Shown here in pieces: positions 47,651 to 60,981 of a stretch of 64,000 bases of DNA (positions are counted from its first letter, which is position 1; the number at the start of each line of letters is the position of its first letter). Below the pieces are notes generated by a model. It saw nothing but the letters and a program-made list of their open reading frames with translations, had not been told where the DNA came from and ran no database searches. This stretch comes from Podarcis pityusensis (lineage: Eukaryota). Where the stretch lies: the NCBI GenBank assembly GCA_964106645.2, contig OZ067041.1, one strand, 5' to 3'. The position numbers and the translations under genes were made by a program.

Positions 47651-50600
47651 CCCCCCCCCCCATTCATTTCCTGAGAACTGCATAGAGCTGATGAGGGGAG
47701 ACGGGGAGTGTGTGCGTGTGGATGAGGCACCCGGATTTTGTGTGTGTGTGTGTGTGTGAATGTGTGGGTAAGTGAGTGAGAGCCAGAGGAAAAAGAGAGG
47801 GGGACCTTTATAAGGGAGAGAAAATTTCTTCAGCTCTGCAGCTCCTGCTCAGGTCTGTGCCTCTTTAGTTTCTTCTCGAAACAAACCTAAAGAAAAATAA
47901 TCTGGGTCCCTTGTGCTGTCCCGTCCAGTCGCTGCTTTTTGTCTTTGGGGAGGTGGTTTGGGGTTGGTTTGTTTTTTTTAAAGAAAAAATCTAAAGAAGT
48001 GTTTGGGCTCTTATTGGAGGCGTGGGTTTTTAACGAGGGCAAATAAAGAAGGGAAAAGGGGTTTCTTTCTTCACCTAGCCAAGGAAAATATACTATTGGG
48101 ACATTCTCAGTCCTGCTAAGGGGAATCCTCTTAAGATAATGCATGTTGGCAGTGTAAATTGACATTGGGGAAAACTGTTGGCTCAAATATTGGGGGGGGG
48201 GGCGAGGTTTGAGAGGGAAACAAAAACAGCAGGTTGAATGGGGAGTTGTGCTGTACTAGTTTGTCACTCAGTTATTTGCTTGGGTGTCTGTGCGGGGAGA
48301 GATCGGCCAGCAAAGGGTTAAGGTTCTGATGACACTTTCTCTGTCTTAATTGTGCTACAACCATTATTGTTCTGGTAATAATGGTATGGAACTGTCACTT
48401 GCCACAATATTGCTCATGCAATTGAGGTTTTTGGTTTTTTGTTTTTTTTTTGGTGGGGGGAACAGATGGTTTCTGACTGGCACTCTCCCCCAACCCCCAC
48501 CTTTCCATTAAGGTAGCCCTGGCTGGAGTTGACAAAGGGAGAAGTTTGCGTTTAGACTACTAGTGATGAATATTTGAGATCCAGCCTGGTAACTGTGCTA
48601 CTAGTCTCAATATAAGCTTGTGGAAATGTGAGAGTACTGACCTGGGTGCCATGAGCTGGCGTAATTGCTGGAAGTTCATATGCAGAAAGAACCAATTCTT
48701 ATTTGGCTCGCTGTCCTTAGAACTTCTGATGAACTTTTTTAAAAGTGAAAAGTGGAAGGAGGGGAGCCAAACACTTAATGAAAAAAGCAGATGAAGCGTC
48801 CTCGCCTTGTATTGCTTTGCGCAGCATTCTCATTATCTTAACATTTCCCTCTCTACGGACAAGATTCATACTTTAATAATAGTTATTAAAATTCAGCTGA
48901 TTTCAAAGCTTGCAGTGGTGGTCTCTTAAATATATAAGTACAGTAGAATGCATAATCTGGATAAACTTGCTGTAGTTTGGCATTGCCAGTGCTCAATAAA
49001 GGTTCTTCTTCCAGCTATTTCAAAGCAATGTATTACATGCATTATTTAATTTCAAACCTGCTTGTATGTATGTATGTATGTTTGTTTGCTTCTCTCTCTC
49101 ACCCCCCCCCATTGAATAAGCATTGCCAAGCTCTTCGTGGAAGCATTTGTATTTACATCAAAAGCATGTGCATAAGCTGTTACGCCAGACATATGCCAAT
49201 CAAGCAAACGTCACGCTTTAAAACCACCTAGACTTGCTCCATTCCCTCTTTTTACTGGAGGACAGAGTTGGTTAGCTAAGTAAATGGTCTGGTCTGAAAT
49301 GCGTGTCTCATAATGGGTGGGACGAATGGTGCTTCACTTTGCGAAGAGGAGTGGTCATCTTTTCAATGCAGGGTGTAACCCTTTTTGTCAGGCTCCTGTT
49401 ATTTTTTAAGGATGTTGCAACAGAGAAAGAGAGATTGGGGGAGAGAGAAACAGAAAGCAACTGTTCAGTTTTAGCGTTGGCAGCCTTTTCCTTGCTGTGC
49501 TTTACTTCTGAAAGTGCTTAAGATGGAGTTGCCTGCTGGAGAACAAAGATGTGAGACTGAAAAGATGCTGAAGGCTAACACCTTGTTGTTCTGTGCCATG
49601 AGTTAGGTCGTTTGGCTCACAAAATCCTGCTTTGATTGGCTGACAGCCGGGGAAACAAATTGGCCCAATTTAAGAGTCATGTGGTGAGGAGTGGGCTGGA
49701 GATGTCGGTTTCCATGGTGTCCTCACTCCCCCTCCCCACCCAGGCTCCAGTATCTTGGCAGGTAGGAATTCATGGCAGTCTTACAAGGCTTCTTTATATG
49801 GCCCTGGTATGTGAGCTCCATTTTCTGCCTAGCCTTCAGCCTCAGCCTTGAAATGAAACAGGAGCAGTGAAGTGTGTATATGTGCGCGCACACACACACA
49901 CACACACACCCCTCTAGTGTCAGCAATGGCACTGAAAAGCTTCAGAGATGGGATAGCACAGATACTTCCTTGGGTGTGCAGATAAAGTAAATACAAGCTG
50001 AATTCCTTCCCTTATGACACAGCACACTTATGTTTGTCGAAGTGCATCGCTAGTTGGGAAACGGAGCCCTGGCACATTGTTAAAGTGTTCGGCATGCTCT
50101 CTCCATACCTGGCAAAGTGAGGCAAGTATTCTCCCTCCCTCCCTCTCTCTTTCTGTCCCTTCACTACGTATTTGAGCGCACTGGAGAGCTAGCTTTCTGA
50201 GCGGCACTATTTTCCCTCTGCCTCATGCGCAAACACAATGATGTCACTTTCCTTTTCTGCTCTCGGGTGGGTGGGTGGGGGGAAGAAGAGGGCTGGGCCA
50301 CTCCTATTTGCTCTCAGGTCACGCATGGTGTTTCCTAGGGCTACTGCGGATACCATTGTCGGGGTCAGGAGTTTCTTCTCCTACGGAATCAAAGGTGACG
50401 CTGAGGAAGGAAGAGTGGGTGGCAGCGGGGGCAACTTCTGGCCATGCTCTGCATATCTCGGATGGGTTGTGTAAGAAGAACTCTCAGGATGAGGGGGTGG
50501 GGAAATGTTGCAGTCTTCTTTTACCTGTGCCAGGCAGGGGTTAAGTGATTTTTGTCAAATGAGTGATTGCAAAAGCAGGAAAAACCTTCCCCCCCCCCCC

Positions 50601-53229
50601 ACAACCCAGCCACTCCCTCTGGATTTCTATACCACTCGTGTAATGTTATATTTAGGATTTCTTCCCTTGCTGCCTTGGAACACATATTTGTGTAATTCCC
50701 ATACATTTGCATTTGCCCTCCCCAAATTGCAGTCCTCTTCTTTAAAAATCCTCCTTCGAAATGCAACGCTGAATGTGCACAAATGCCTTCTAAGCAGCTC
50801 TTCGCAGGCTTTTATGGACCTCTGGGCGAAAGGTATCTCTCTCCCCCCCCCCCCCAGCAAGAACATGCAGTTTACTTACTCCTGCAATCGGTAATCCACC
50901 TCCTCGCCTTTGCTCCCAAGCACCAGGACAGCTGTAAGGATTGTGAATTGGGATCTCTCCAGGGTGAGCACTCGGTTTCATGGGTCTTTCTGGACTGGGC
51001 AGGGTGGGGAGGAGCTTCACAGTAGGGCTAGATCACCCCTTTCGTATGCCAAACGCCTCCACTTCAGTATCAAAAGGATTTCAGGCAGTAGCATGTGGGG
51101 AAGGACCATGACCTGCTGCTGCCAGCCAGAGAATACCAGGCTGCTAGATGGACCAGTGTTGCAATTCTCTATAAGGTGGTTTCATGGCTCCATCCACAAC
51201 TTACAGACCTGCCTAGTCTTCCCAGGCACTCACATCGGCTGCAGTAGCTCATATGGGCAGCCAGATTCCAACCCACGTCACAACTCAGTCCGTGTGGTGT
51301 TTTCATTTTTGCTTAAAATATTGCAATGATATCTTTGCTTGCAAGTGACCTTGCAAAAGTGTGGGTGAGGTTGGATGCAAGGCAGGGATTTTACCAAAAG
51401 GAGAGTGCGGTACCTTGAGACTAGATCATGAAAAAGTGGCCTTGAAGAAAATGTGGTTGGCAGTTTTAGCTTTTTCTGAGCCGGAAAGTATATAACAAGC
51501 TATCTAAGGCACCCAGGTGAAGTGGTTGAAATAAGCCCCTGTGAAAATAATTAATTAAAAAGATCCCAGTACGGAGGAAGGAAGGACAAAGACCATGTCC
51601 AGGAAGTGCGACGGTGCAAGGCAGGCCCCAAACAAAATTTGTATTGCTTGAAGGAAACACAAGATGATGTGTGAGAGACTGGAGAGGATTGGTGGGGGGG
51701 GGGGACAGGAAATAGAATGCAAACTCTGACATATCTCAGGGTGTGGTGTGAACTGTGTCCCCCTCCCATTAATAGCAGCAGATGGCGTGAAAAAACAGCT
51801 GGTCTGAAGGCACCGGTGGTGGAAGTCGAGAGCAGGAAGTGTCCTCCTGAATGCAGCTGAGGGCTTTGGACTAGAGTTGAGAAGGAGGTGGGGAAGACAG
51901 CAGCAGGAAGGAGAAATTCTTTAACCAGTGGGGGCTCCTATGTTGGCTTGGAAAAGGAGTTCAGAAATTGGAAAGTGAACAGTACTGCTGTTATTTATCT
52001 GAAAGTCTTGTCAGCCAGCCAGACATGCAAAGGGAGGGTGGGCTGAGGGTTGGGGCCAAGCATATAAAGTGATATATTCAGGCTTCTCTGCTGATTTTTT
52101 TTTAATGATAGGCCGCTAATATAAGCAGAACAGCTTAACTCCCCATAACAAGCTTTTCCTTTAATTTTGTTAAGAGGGAAGGATATTACATTCAAAGGCT
52201 GCTTTTATCATGGTCCCCTATGCAGAGGAGATAAAGGGCTTTCTGACCCCCTCTTAAAATATGCACTTGTTAGTGTGGAGAGATCCCATCCTCCTGTTGC
52301 ACCAAAAAGGTCGGGAGGAAGAAGTTATTCTGGGGCATTCTTATATGATGCATGATCTTTGTTTACTCTGATGGCATTGCCTTAGGTTGAGAGAGGAAGA
52401 CCCACACCTTTTCTTAGTGATTTCTGAGACAGGAAGACTAGACCCACAGAATGCTAAGTCTCAAAAGGGGTGTGTGGGTGTGTGTTGTACAGGGGACACA
52501 CTGCATCATTTTGTAGAGCATCAAAACCTGCTGGGACTGAAAGCTTTCAGCTAGGAGGTTGCAGTGGGTCTTCGCTGTTTGTCCTGGTCTGCACTGAACC
52601 TGTGGTTGCCAGCTAGGCATGTTTGCTTTCCGCACAAGCTCTGAGGCTGGCACAGCTGCGCATCGTTCCTGCTTATGGAGAAGGCTGCCTTTTGTTCAAG
52701 GGAATGCAGTGCTTCAGCTATGACTCTTCTCTAAGGGAGCCTTTAGGACAGGTCCACAGGAAACACTGGCCCATTTGTTCCACCATATCTATTTGTGTGG
52801 GGTCAGGGGGCAAGGAAAGGTCCTTCAAATTCTCTTTTCCATTTTGCAAAACTTCCCAGCCCTGTGTGCCTAGAATAAGTCTTACTCTCTTTGGGAGTTC
52901 AGGAAAGTGGATATGCACCAAGCTAGTTTTATCTTAGCACTGTATTGGGAGAGAACAAGTGAAGTGGATCTCTGCCTCTCTGACCCAACTGCCCATGGCT
53001 GAGGAATCTCATGCATGGAGGCCACCATTCCAGTGTTAGAAACTCAGATATATAAGCTATGGCTCCTTAAACCAGGGTTCCCCATCCCTATCTCTGCCCA
53101 CCACACAAACATTGGAAGCCCACTCGCCATGGTTATTTGAAAAAAAGATGGCGCAGGACTGATGCATTGTGGGATTAAATGCTTCCGTATTCAAGACTGG
53201 CCTGGGTCAAATTTTAGGAGTGGCAAACT

Positions 53230-53364
53230 NNNNNNNNNNNNNNNNNNNNNNNNNNNNNNNNNNNNNNNNNNNNNNNNNNNNNNNNNNNNNNNNNNNNNNN
53301 NNNNNNNNNNNNNNNNNNNNNNNNNNNNNNNNNNNNNNNNNNNNNNNNNNNNNNNNNNNNNNNN
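53230..53364. other. Assembly gap (135 N)
   Basis: Run of N. Confidence 1.
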
Positions 53365-53500
53365 NCAATCCAAAAAGAGAGGTAAAATCTCAAGCTGGAA
53401 TTTATTAGTTAAAAATGTGGATTTATTAGTAAACAAAAAGAAAGGCCAAACACATTTTGGCCTCTAGTTGTTTTAGGCCATTATCAGGAGCTATAAAATG
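53365..53500 (-). mobile_element. Possible Penelope-like element 3' end with decayed hammerhead motif
   Basis: On -: CTGATAA-TGGCCT..AGGCC-AAAA-TGTGTT followed by two AATAAA. Confidence 0.4.
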
Positions 53501-53689
53501 AACAACATCTCATATAAATTTTAAACAGTTAAAAACCAATCAAATAACTTTTGAGTAAGTATATATAAAACATATACATAAATTATATAAAATTTGTTTA
53601 CTTGGTTTCAAATGGTTGACTTTTTGTGACGTCGTGTTCCTTTTACAGCCCTTCATGAGGGCCTAAAAGAACTGTTGGACTGTTGTTTT

Positions 53690-54440
53690 TTAATTGGGTT
53701 TTAGAAACAAGAATAATATTATACAAATAAGTAGACCAATATTTTCATTTGTATATCACAAAAATAGCATAATAAATGTGGAAAAACATCTACAACATAT
53801 GTTTCATTATTAGTGATCAATGTATAAATTCTTGGTTTATGAATTGGTTTGAACAATTAGGAAGAAAAAGAAGGGGGGTGGTAAGTGGGCAGGGGTTGTG
53901 TGGTTATGCTTCTATTATTCTACTTCGTGTGTGAGAGGGGTTGTGTCAGCGTACTTGTATGGGTTGTCTTACTATTCACTTGTTGTATTTCCTTGGTGGG
54001 TGAGAGAGGTTGGATGTGGCTTAGGGTGTGGTTGGTTATCTTTGGTTGGCTGTAGTGAGAATTGTTTTTGTTTGGGAGCGATGTGTGAGTGTTTACAGTA
54101 ATACCTCCGCAAACGTTCGCCTTGTCTAGCATCCATTCCGGTGAACATCCGCAGCAAACCTGTAAGTACCGGAATGGGTTACTTCCGGGTTTGCCACTCG
54201 CGCATGCGCAGAAGCGGCGCTTTGCCCTGTGCCTGTTTCGGCTAGCGGCCGGGGCTCCGGAACGGATCCTGATCACAAAACAAGGTATGACTGTATTTTT
54301 GAATCAGGTTAGCCGGATTGATTCGTATGCTCTTGGGGGATTCTTGTTGTTGTCTTGTTGGGCTGTGTATGTGATAAAGGGGAACCAAACCAGGGTGAAG
54401 GCGTTGTCTTCTATTTGTGTTGGGTTGTGTTTTAATCAAT
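53690..54440 (-). mobile_element. L1-clade LINE 3' fragment interrupted by a MITE
   Basis: On -: ..EDNAFTLVWFPFITY..stop, resembling an L1 ORF2 end, then a CA-rich 3' UTR. Confidence 0.55.
54096..54293. mobile_element. Tigger-like MITE (related to family B)
   Basis: CAGTAATACCT / AGGTATGACTG ends, TA TSD. Confidence 0.8.
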
Positions 54441-55527
54441 CAAAACCAGCTGCAGCATCTTCAGATTTCGTATCTCTTTATGGAAAATAGTCCAAGATAA
54501 CACCCCTCCTAAAGCTACTGAAAGCCTGTTGCTGCTGGTATCTTGGAGGTCTTTTTCTTACACCTTGGCCCCCTAGCAGTTACTGGAGGAGGATTCTGAT
54601 TAGTGTGTGTAATTCGCCATTTAATGTTCTCTGAGCAGTGAAAAGGCCATAGGGATGCTTGTTTGCAGTTATTAAGTGCTTGCCAAGTGCTTCCTTCCTC
54701 CCTTTTTTGGGGAAGGTTCATTGCAACAAAGGCAGAGAAGTTTGCGGCAAGTTTGGTCGTGTTGGATTTCCCATCGTAGCTATAAATGGAGGCAGCCTCC
54801 CAAGTAGTGGTGGCTTTCCTTTTTTTGTTGCGAGCTTCGTTTTCTCAAATTCAGACACTAGATCCTGCAACAGTATTAGGCTTCACCACCTCATCTCAAA
54901 ACTTCTGACGCAAAAAAGTGCTTTTGGAGCCTGGAGGTATGGATCAGGTTGGAAAGGATACAGGACACAATCTGATGAGGTGTAGGTGGAGCCACATCTG
55001 GCAGAATCCTGGCTTTTCTGTTGTCAGAATTGGTTGCCTGTTAGAATGCTTTATTTACTGGTGAAATGCTGGCTGGCTGGCAGTCCTGTTTGCTCCTGCA
55101 TCCGTGTGGAAAGGGAACCTCCAGCTATTGTTATGGGCTCTTTTGTCAAAGTAGCTTGGACCCGTGTATGTGCCAGATTTAGTTCTGTATTTTTAATTTT
55201 AAGTCTGTTGTGCGGGACTCTGCCCACTTCATTTCGCAAGGCGAAGCCCATGGTTTAAGCTTCTCTCCAGTAGAAGGGGAAAACATAATGTCCCCCCACC
55301 CCAGTAAATGAGGTCTTGTTTTGGGGGTGGGCTGGTGGTAGAGTTGGAAAAGCACTGGTGGAGCAGGGAAACCTTGACTTTCTAAACTCTTGGCTAATGG
55401 TTGTACGGCTGCAGCCTTCATGAGTTGTGAAAAGATGCAAGGAGATAACAATTTTCAAGGAAGAGACATAACACTGTATAAAAGACATAGAGGAATGGAA
55501 TTAATCCATTGTTATGGACTTTCGCTA

Positions 55528-55881
55528 GGGACGCGGGTGGCGCTGTGGGTTAAACCACAGAGCCTAGGACTTGCCAATCAGAAGGTTGGCGGTTCGAACC
55601 CTAATCCCCGCAACGGGGTGAGCTCCCGTTGTTTGGTCCCAGCTCCTGCCAACCTAGCAGTTCGAAAGCATGAAGTTCAAGTAGATAAATAGGTACTGCT
55701 CCGGTGGGAAGGTAAACGGCATTTCCATGCGCTGCTCTGGTTCGGCAGAAGCGGCTTAGTCATGCTGGCCACATGACCCGGAAGAGGACAAACGCCAGCT
55801 CCCTCGGCCTATAGAGCGAGATGAGCGCCGCAACCCCAGAATCGTCCACGACTGGACCTAATGGTCAGGGGTACCTTTGCC
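55528..55881 (+). mobile_element. Sauria SINE
   Basis: Full head and tail; 15-bp TSD TATGGACTTT(C/G)GCTA. Confidence 0.93.
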
Positions 55882-56530
55882 TATGGACTTTGGCTACACT
55901 CTGACAAAAATATATGTTGTCTGCAACATGAAAACTCTTGGTTTTAAAGGATAACTTTCTGTGCAGCAAAAGATTTGCTTTTTGGTGTTTAACCTTGTAG
56001 GTGTGTAATAGATAATCTCATCTTTTCTTTTCTCCAGTAGGGAAATATACTTTTAACATAAGTCTTGTGTTCTAGTTGGTTAAAAGCATTTTGCACTTGA
56101 GTGCTATGGATGAAATTTTGTTTATTTGTTATAAAAGCACAGAGAAGTTTTTCGTGGCTTTAAAAGGGGGCTTCTGGGAGTAGAGATCAGGCAGGAGTGG
56201 TATTTGAGCAATCATAGCGCCAAAGTGATTGTTTTACTTAACATCACTAACACAGCTCTGTTGAAGTCTTGGCAGAAGTTGTTGTTTCAGTTAATAGCAT
56301 GTGGTTCCTGAAAGTGGTATGCAGTATCTCTTAGTGTGGGGAGGGGAAAGGAGGGTAGCCACAAATGCTGCAGCTGTTGCTTAACCTATAAGTCTTGGCT
56401 AGGAAATTATCTGTGGGGAAGGAAATGATGGAAGCTGGGTGACCTGGCAGGCTTGGGCAGAACTCTTGACCTGATCCTCCTCCCATTTCTGCCCGGTTTA
56501 AACGCTTCTTTGTCCCATTTCCTCTTCAGC

Positions 56531-56638
56531 CCATTGTTGACTTATATTCTGTTGCCTCCATTGTTGACTTATATTCTGTTGCCTCCATTGTTGACTTATA
56601 TTCTGTTGCCTCCATTGTTGACTTATATTCTGTTGCCT
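56531..56638. repeat. 27-bp minisatellite, 4 perfect copies
   Basis: (CCATTGTTGACTTATATTCTGTTGCCT)x4. Confidence 0.97.
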
Positions 56639-59600
56639 CCTTTGTGTCCATATACCACAGACAAAAAAAAAAAAAGACTCGGAACAAACCCAGGTTCTAA
56701 AGTACATCTGCTTATTTTGAGCTATGTTAGATTATTTTATATAACATTCATGTTTCAACGTTGGGAGTTTAATTTTGGGGCAAATAAGCCCATGGTAGTA
56801 ATGTGTATATAGATGGAGAGAAGTTCATGGGAAAGGCCATAGCTTAGTGCTTTGCATGCGGATAGATCGGTGGTCTGATAAGACAGCTTCCTGTGTTCCT
56901 ATGGAGAGATGGGTTAGATGGATTGGGAAGCAGCAGTGCCTATAGCTGTAGGAATGAAATCAAGAAAGAGGGAAGAGAAGGGTTCCCTACCCACTAACCG
57001 CTGAAAGCCCTCTTCTATACCTCTGTTGGTTCTGAATTGTCACCAAATATGCTTGGGTGCTCCTAAGCCTTCTCAGATGTTCACGACAGCTAGGAACTTG
57101 TATCTAGAATGGAAAGGGTTATACCGATGGGGATAAATTCAGTGCTGGTAGGACAGAACTGCAGTTGGATTGAAAATGCAGCTGTCCCAGCCACGTCTAG
57201 CCCAGAAAGTACCACACATAAGTACTAACTCCATTTATCAATCTCTGTCATTGCGATGACTTGGGCTGGTGTAGTAGCAAATGGAGCCCAACTTCTTGTA
57301 AACAAAATTTCTCACGTATTCATGGGATTTCCCAGATGGAGGCGCAGCTTGACACACATGGTGCTTCCAGAACATATAGCATTGAGCGCTATCAGGAATG
57401 ACCTGGGACCAAGAGTGGCACATTTATTGAGTACCTACAACTACATAGGCAGGTGGACAGCTGTGGCCTCCAGCATCTATTTTGGTGGCCATTACTATTT
57501 CATTCTGATTTGTGACTGTTTTCTAAGTAGCAGTGCCTTTTATCACTCCTTGAGGTGGGCCAGGCTTCAATTTCTCATATTTTGGGCAAGTTGTTTCATT
57601 CAGCGGACATGCCCATCCAATCTAGATTTGGTGCTTCTCACTGTTGTATTGAAACACCAGTCAATTGACTACGTATGTGTTGACTTCAAGGAAAATCGGA
57701 CAAGAAATTCCTTTTACATATGGCAGTCCACCATTCATTACTACACCATGAAGTCATCTGATAGCATTGGGGAATGAGGTCCTCTTCTCCCCAGTCTTTC
57801 AGGGGTCATGCATGCCCCCAAATCTAGGAGCAGATACTCCTTCCCTTGCAACTCTTTTCAGAGAGTTATTTCCCTCAATGGAGACAGATGGCCTGGATCT
57901 CCACACATGCTACAACTGGAGGCATCTCATGGGGATAAGGAGAAAGGAGGCGCACAGTCTGTCGTCACCATGGCACAAGTCAGCAGCTTCCTTTTCTGTG
58001 ATGAGGAATCTCCATGTGATCTGACATGGTACTTCTTTTTAACGCTTCTGTCAAGGATGCTTTAGCTGAGATTCATGTATTGCTGGGAGTTGGACTAGAT
58101 GACCCAATGATTCTGAAAGTCTATAGTTTTTTTGTAACTTGAAATGATAAGGAAGACCAGAGACAATAAGGTGTTCAGTGTTTGATAATTATTTGACTGG
58201 CAGAACAAAGCAAAACAAATAACTGTTCTGCACCTTGTAGTTGCTGGAGAGTCCTCAAGTTGTTTTGTGTTTTCTTCATGTTGTTCATTGGTTAACAGAG
58301 AAGCTGAACCACAGTGGGAACCAAAATCCAGGTGTGCAGAGTCTCAGACCCCAAAGGCTCATCTACCACAGTGTTATCGCACTACTATCTATTTTACAGC
58401 TTCCTATCAAACACCTGTTTTAACTTACTGGAGACATAACGGATGCTATTGTTTTGGGGTTTTTTTTTATTAACTTTAGTTCCTGCTGCATTGACTCAAT
58501 GAAAAATAATTGAAAAAGGTGAGGGTTTAGAGTCCTTTCTGAGAGGGAATGCTCAGAGCACCTGTGCAGTTCTCTATGTATGCTTAAATAGCTTTTGTTT
58601 TTACAAAATAGTATCTTCAGGTATGCATTTTTCAGTAGCATGTGCCATCTGTAGTGCTTTTTCTGTACATTTAATATTAAGGAATTTATTTGCACAAAAG
58701 TTTTATTTTTCATTTAATTCACTGTACAGACGTTTGGCTGTTTAGCATAGGGATGAATATCAGAAATGCGATCTTCATTGTCGCTGCAATCCTGTTGTCA
58801 TTTACCTGGGAGTAAGCCCCATTGAAACCAGTGGGACATGCTTCTTAGGAGACAGATATAGGATTGTGCTCTGAGAATCTTGCTTTGATGGGAGAGATTG
58901 CACCATCCCACCATCCCATATTGCTTTTTATCTACATTGGAGATTTGTACCACAGTGTGTGGTCTTTAATTGTACTTTTTCCCCTTTGCAGATTTAGAGT
59001 GGGTTAGAACACTGAAACACAGCCTAATAATTATGATGGAGTAACCAAAATATGATTGCTGGTTTTTAATGCCATGCAGACAACATGTTTCAGTGGCCTT
59101 CAGACAAATTAATTGGGAATGCCTTATTTTGTGCTGCTTTAGAAGATAAGTGAGTGTCTGTTTTGGGAGATGCATATCAATATTGGCACCTGAACTTCAT
59201 AGGCTATCTCTATTCTCATTTGTTTTATAATAAATAATGTGTTCCAAGTTTAAGAGCTTCCCTTTTTGCGTTCACTTGAGGAGTGTTTCTCATCTGTTGA
59301 TACTGCAGCAAGTGTTTAGAATGTCCAATTCCTTTCCACTCCCCTACCCCAAATCCATCTTTTGGTTAATTTCCATCTGGAAAGTAAGAATAGACAGTGA
59401 ATTAGTTAAGCTTTCTGAAAAATGTTGGGGAAAGCAACTCTCAAACCATCTCCAGGAGACTTTGCGCTGAGAATTGCAGCCATTGCTTTTAAAGTCAATA
59501 AAAAGCTAATTGAAATCCCTTCCTGATGATTATCTAAGCCTTTTAACACACCTTCCCATGGCACATATATTTTTCCTGACATGTCTCTTTTCTGTTGGAG

Positions 59601-59996
59601 GGATGTTCACTTTGCATTCCTGAAATTTCAGTACTTTCTTGGAGACTGGGTTGCTATGCTTACTAAAATAAAACAAAAAAAGAGTCTCCAACAAAAGGCG
59701 TATTGAAATGTGATGTAGGCCAAGACTTGACAATGTGGATTTTGTCCTATATCATGCATTCTATATCCTCAGGTACTTCACTTTCCCCTCTTGCTCCAGC
59801 CAGTTACCCCCAGTCCAGAAGTGGGGCTGTCCGTGAGTAATGTATGACCTGGTCTAGTCTTATGACTAATATTCAGTCTTTTAATGAATCTTATCAAGTA
59901 CAGGGTTGTTGGCTTTGTGAGCAGGGTATAGGTTCTGATTTTGAACACTCAGCATTGACAGACCAGTCATGAGACTAGACCAGGATCATATAATAG

Positions 59997-60356
59997 GCGG
60001 GTGGTGCTGTGGTGTAAACCACTGAGCCTTGGGCTTGCCGATCAGAAGGTCAGCGGTTCAAATCCCCACGACAGCGTGAGCTCCCATTGCTTGGTCCCAG
60101 CTCCTGCCAACCTAGCAGTTCGAAAGCACGCCAAAGTTCAAGTAGATAAATAGGTACCGCTCTGGTGGGAAGGTAAACGATGTTTCCGTGCGCTGCTCTG
60201 GTTTTGCCAGAAGCGGCTTAGTCATGCTGGCCACATGACCCGGAAGCTGTCTTCAGACAAACGTCGGCTCCCTTGGCCAGTAAAGTGAGATGAACACCTC
60301 AACCCCAGAGTCGTCCACGACTGGACTTAACTGTCAGGGATCCCTTTACCTTTACA
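59997..60356 (+). mobile_element. Sauria SINE
   Basis: Near full length, ACCTTT tail, TSD approximately CAT(A/T)TAATAG. Confidence 0.92.
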
Positions 60357-60981
60357 TTTAATAGCATTGCAGTGGCTCAGTGATCTTAAATAGGATTCAA
60401 TAATGATTAATCAGTCTACATTTTTGTCTTTGAATTTTGTAAATGATAAATTACTTATTTACCAGTTTTTTAAACTTCTTTTTACTTTGTGTGGGAAGGA
60501 GTAGTAGATGAGGGACCTCTTACCAGATCCATCAACCAAACCCCTCGCCCCGCCCAACCCTGATCTAGACTATCTCTGAGATATGCTACCAAAGGGCTGT
60601 GTAACCTAATATGGACTCATGTGTCTGTCTCTTAATTCGACAAAATAATTAACATGTTCTCTTAACATAAATGGTAGAGTATTGAATTATGGAATTTGAA
60701 GGGACAAAGCTAAAAGATTAAAAGACGGTGCTTTGCAATAGAGCACAATTTTTATTTTTTATTTTTTTAAAGATGAACAGAATCGTGTGTACTAGTCGCA
60801 AACTCTTTTCCCAAGTGCTAATCTTTTGTTGTCAAAATGGCACCATCAATGGACAAACGGAACTCTATAAATTCTGTGAGTTTATGAAAATGTCGTTATT
60901 AGTTCTTAAAGCAGCATATTGAAACACCATTGAGGGGTTTTTTTTGCAGCTCCACTGAGGGAGGTCCTTTTTCGCCTAGAG

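Noticed and set aside
46506-47674. Long ORFs (248-385 aa) on both strands
   Set aside because: Low-complexity G/P/R/A translations in overlapping frames, explained by stop-codon scarcity in a CpG island
48726-48750. CTGATGA-stem-GAAA hammerhead-like core
   Set aside because: Stem II is almost all A-T, and no workable stem I or stem III with a cleavage triplet
56531-56638. CRISPR-like array
   Set aside because: No spacers; contiguous minisatellite in vertebrate DNA
57256-57777. 173-aa plus-strand ORF
   Set aside because: No recognisable homology or splice structure; consistent with chance
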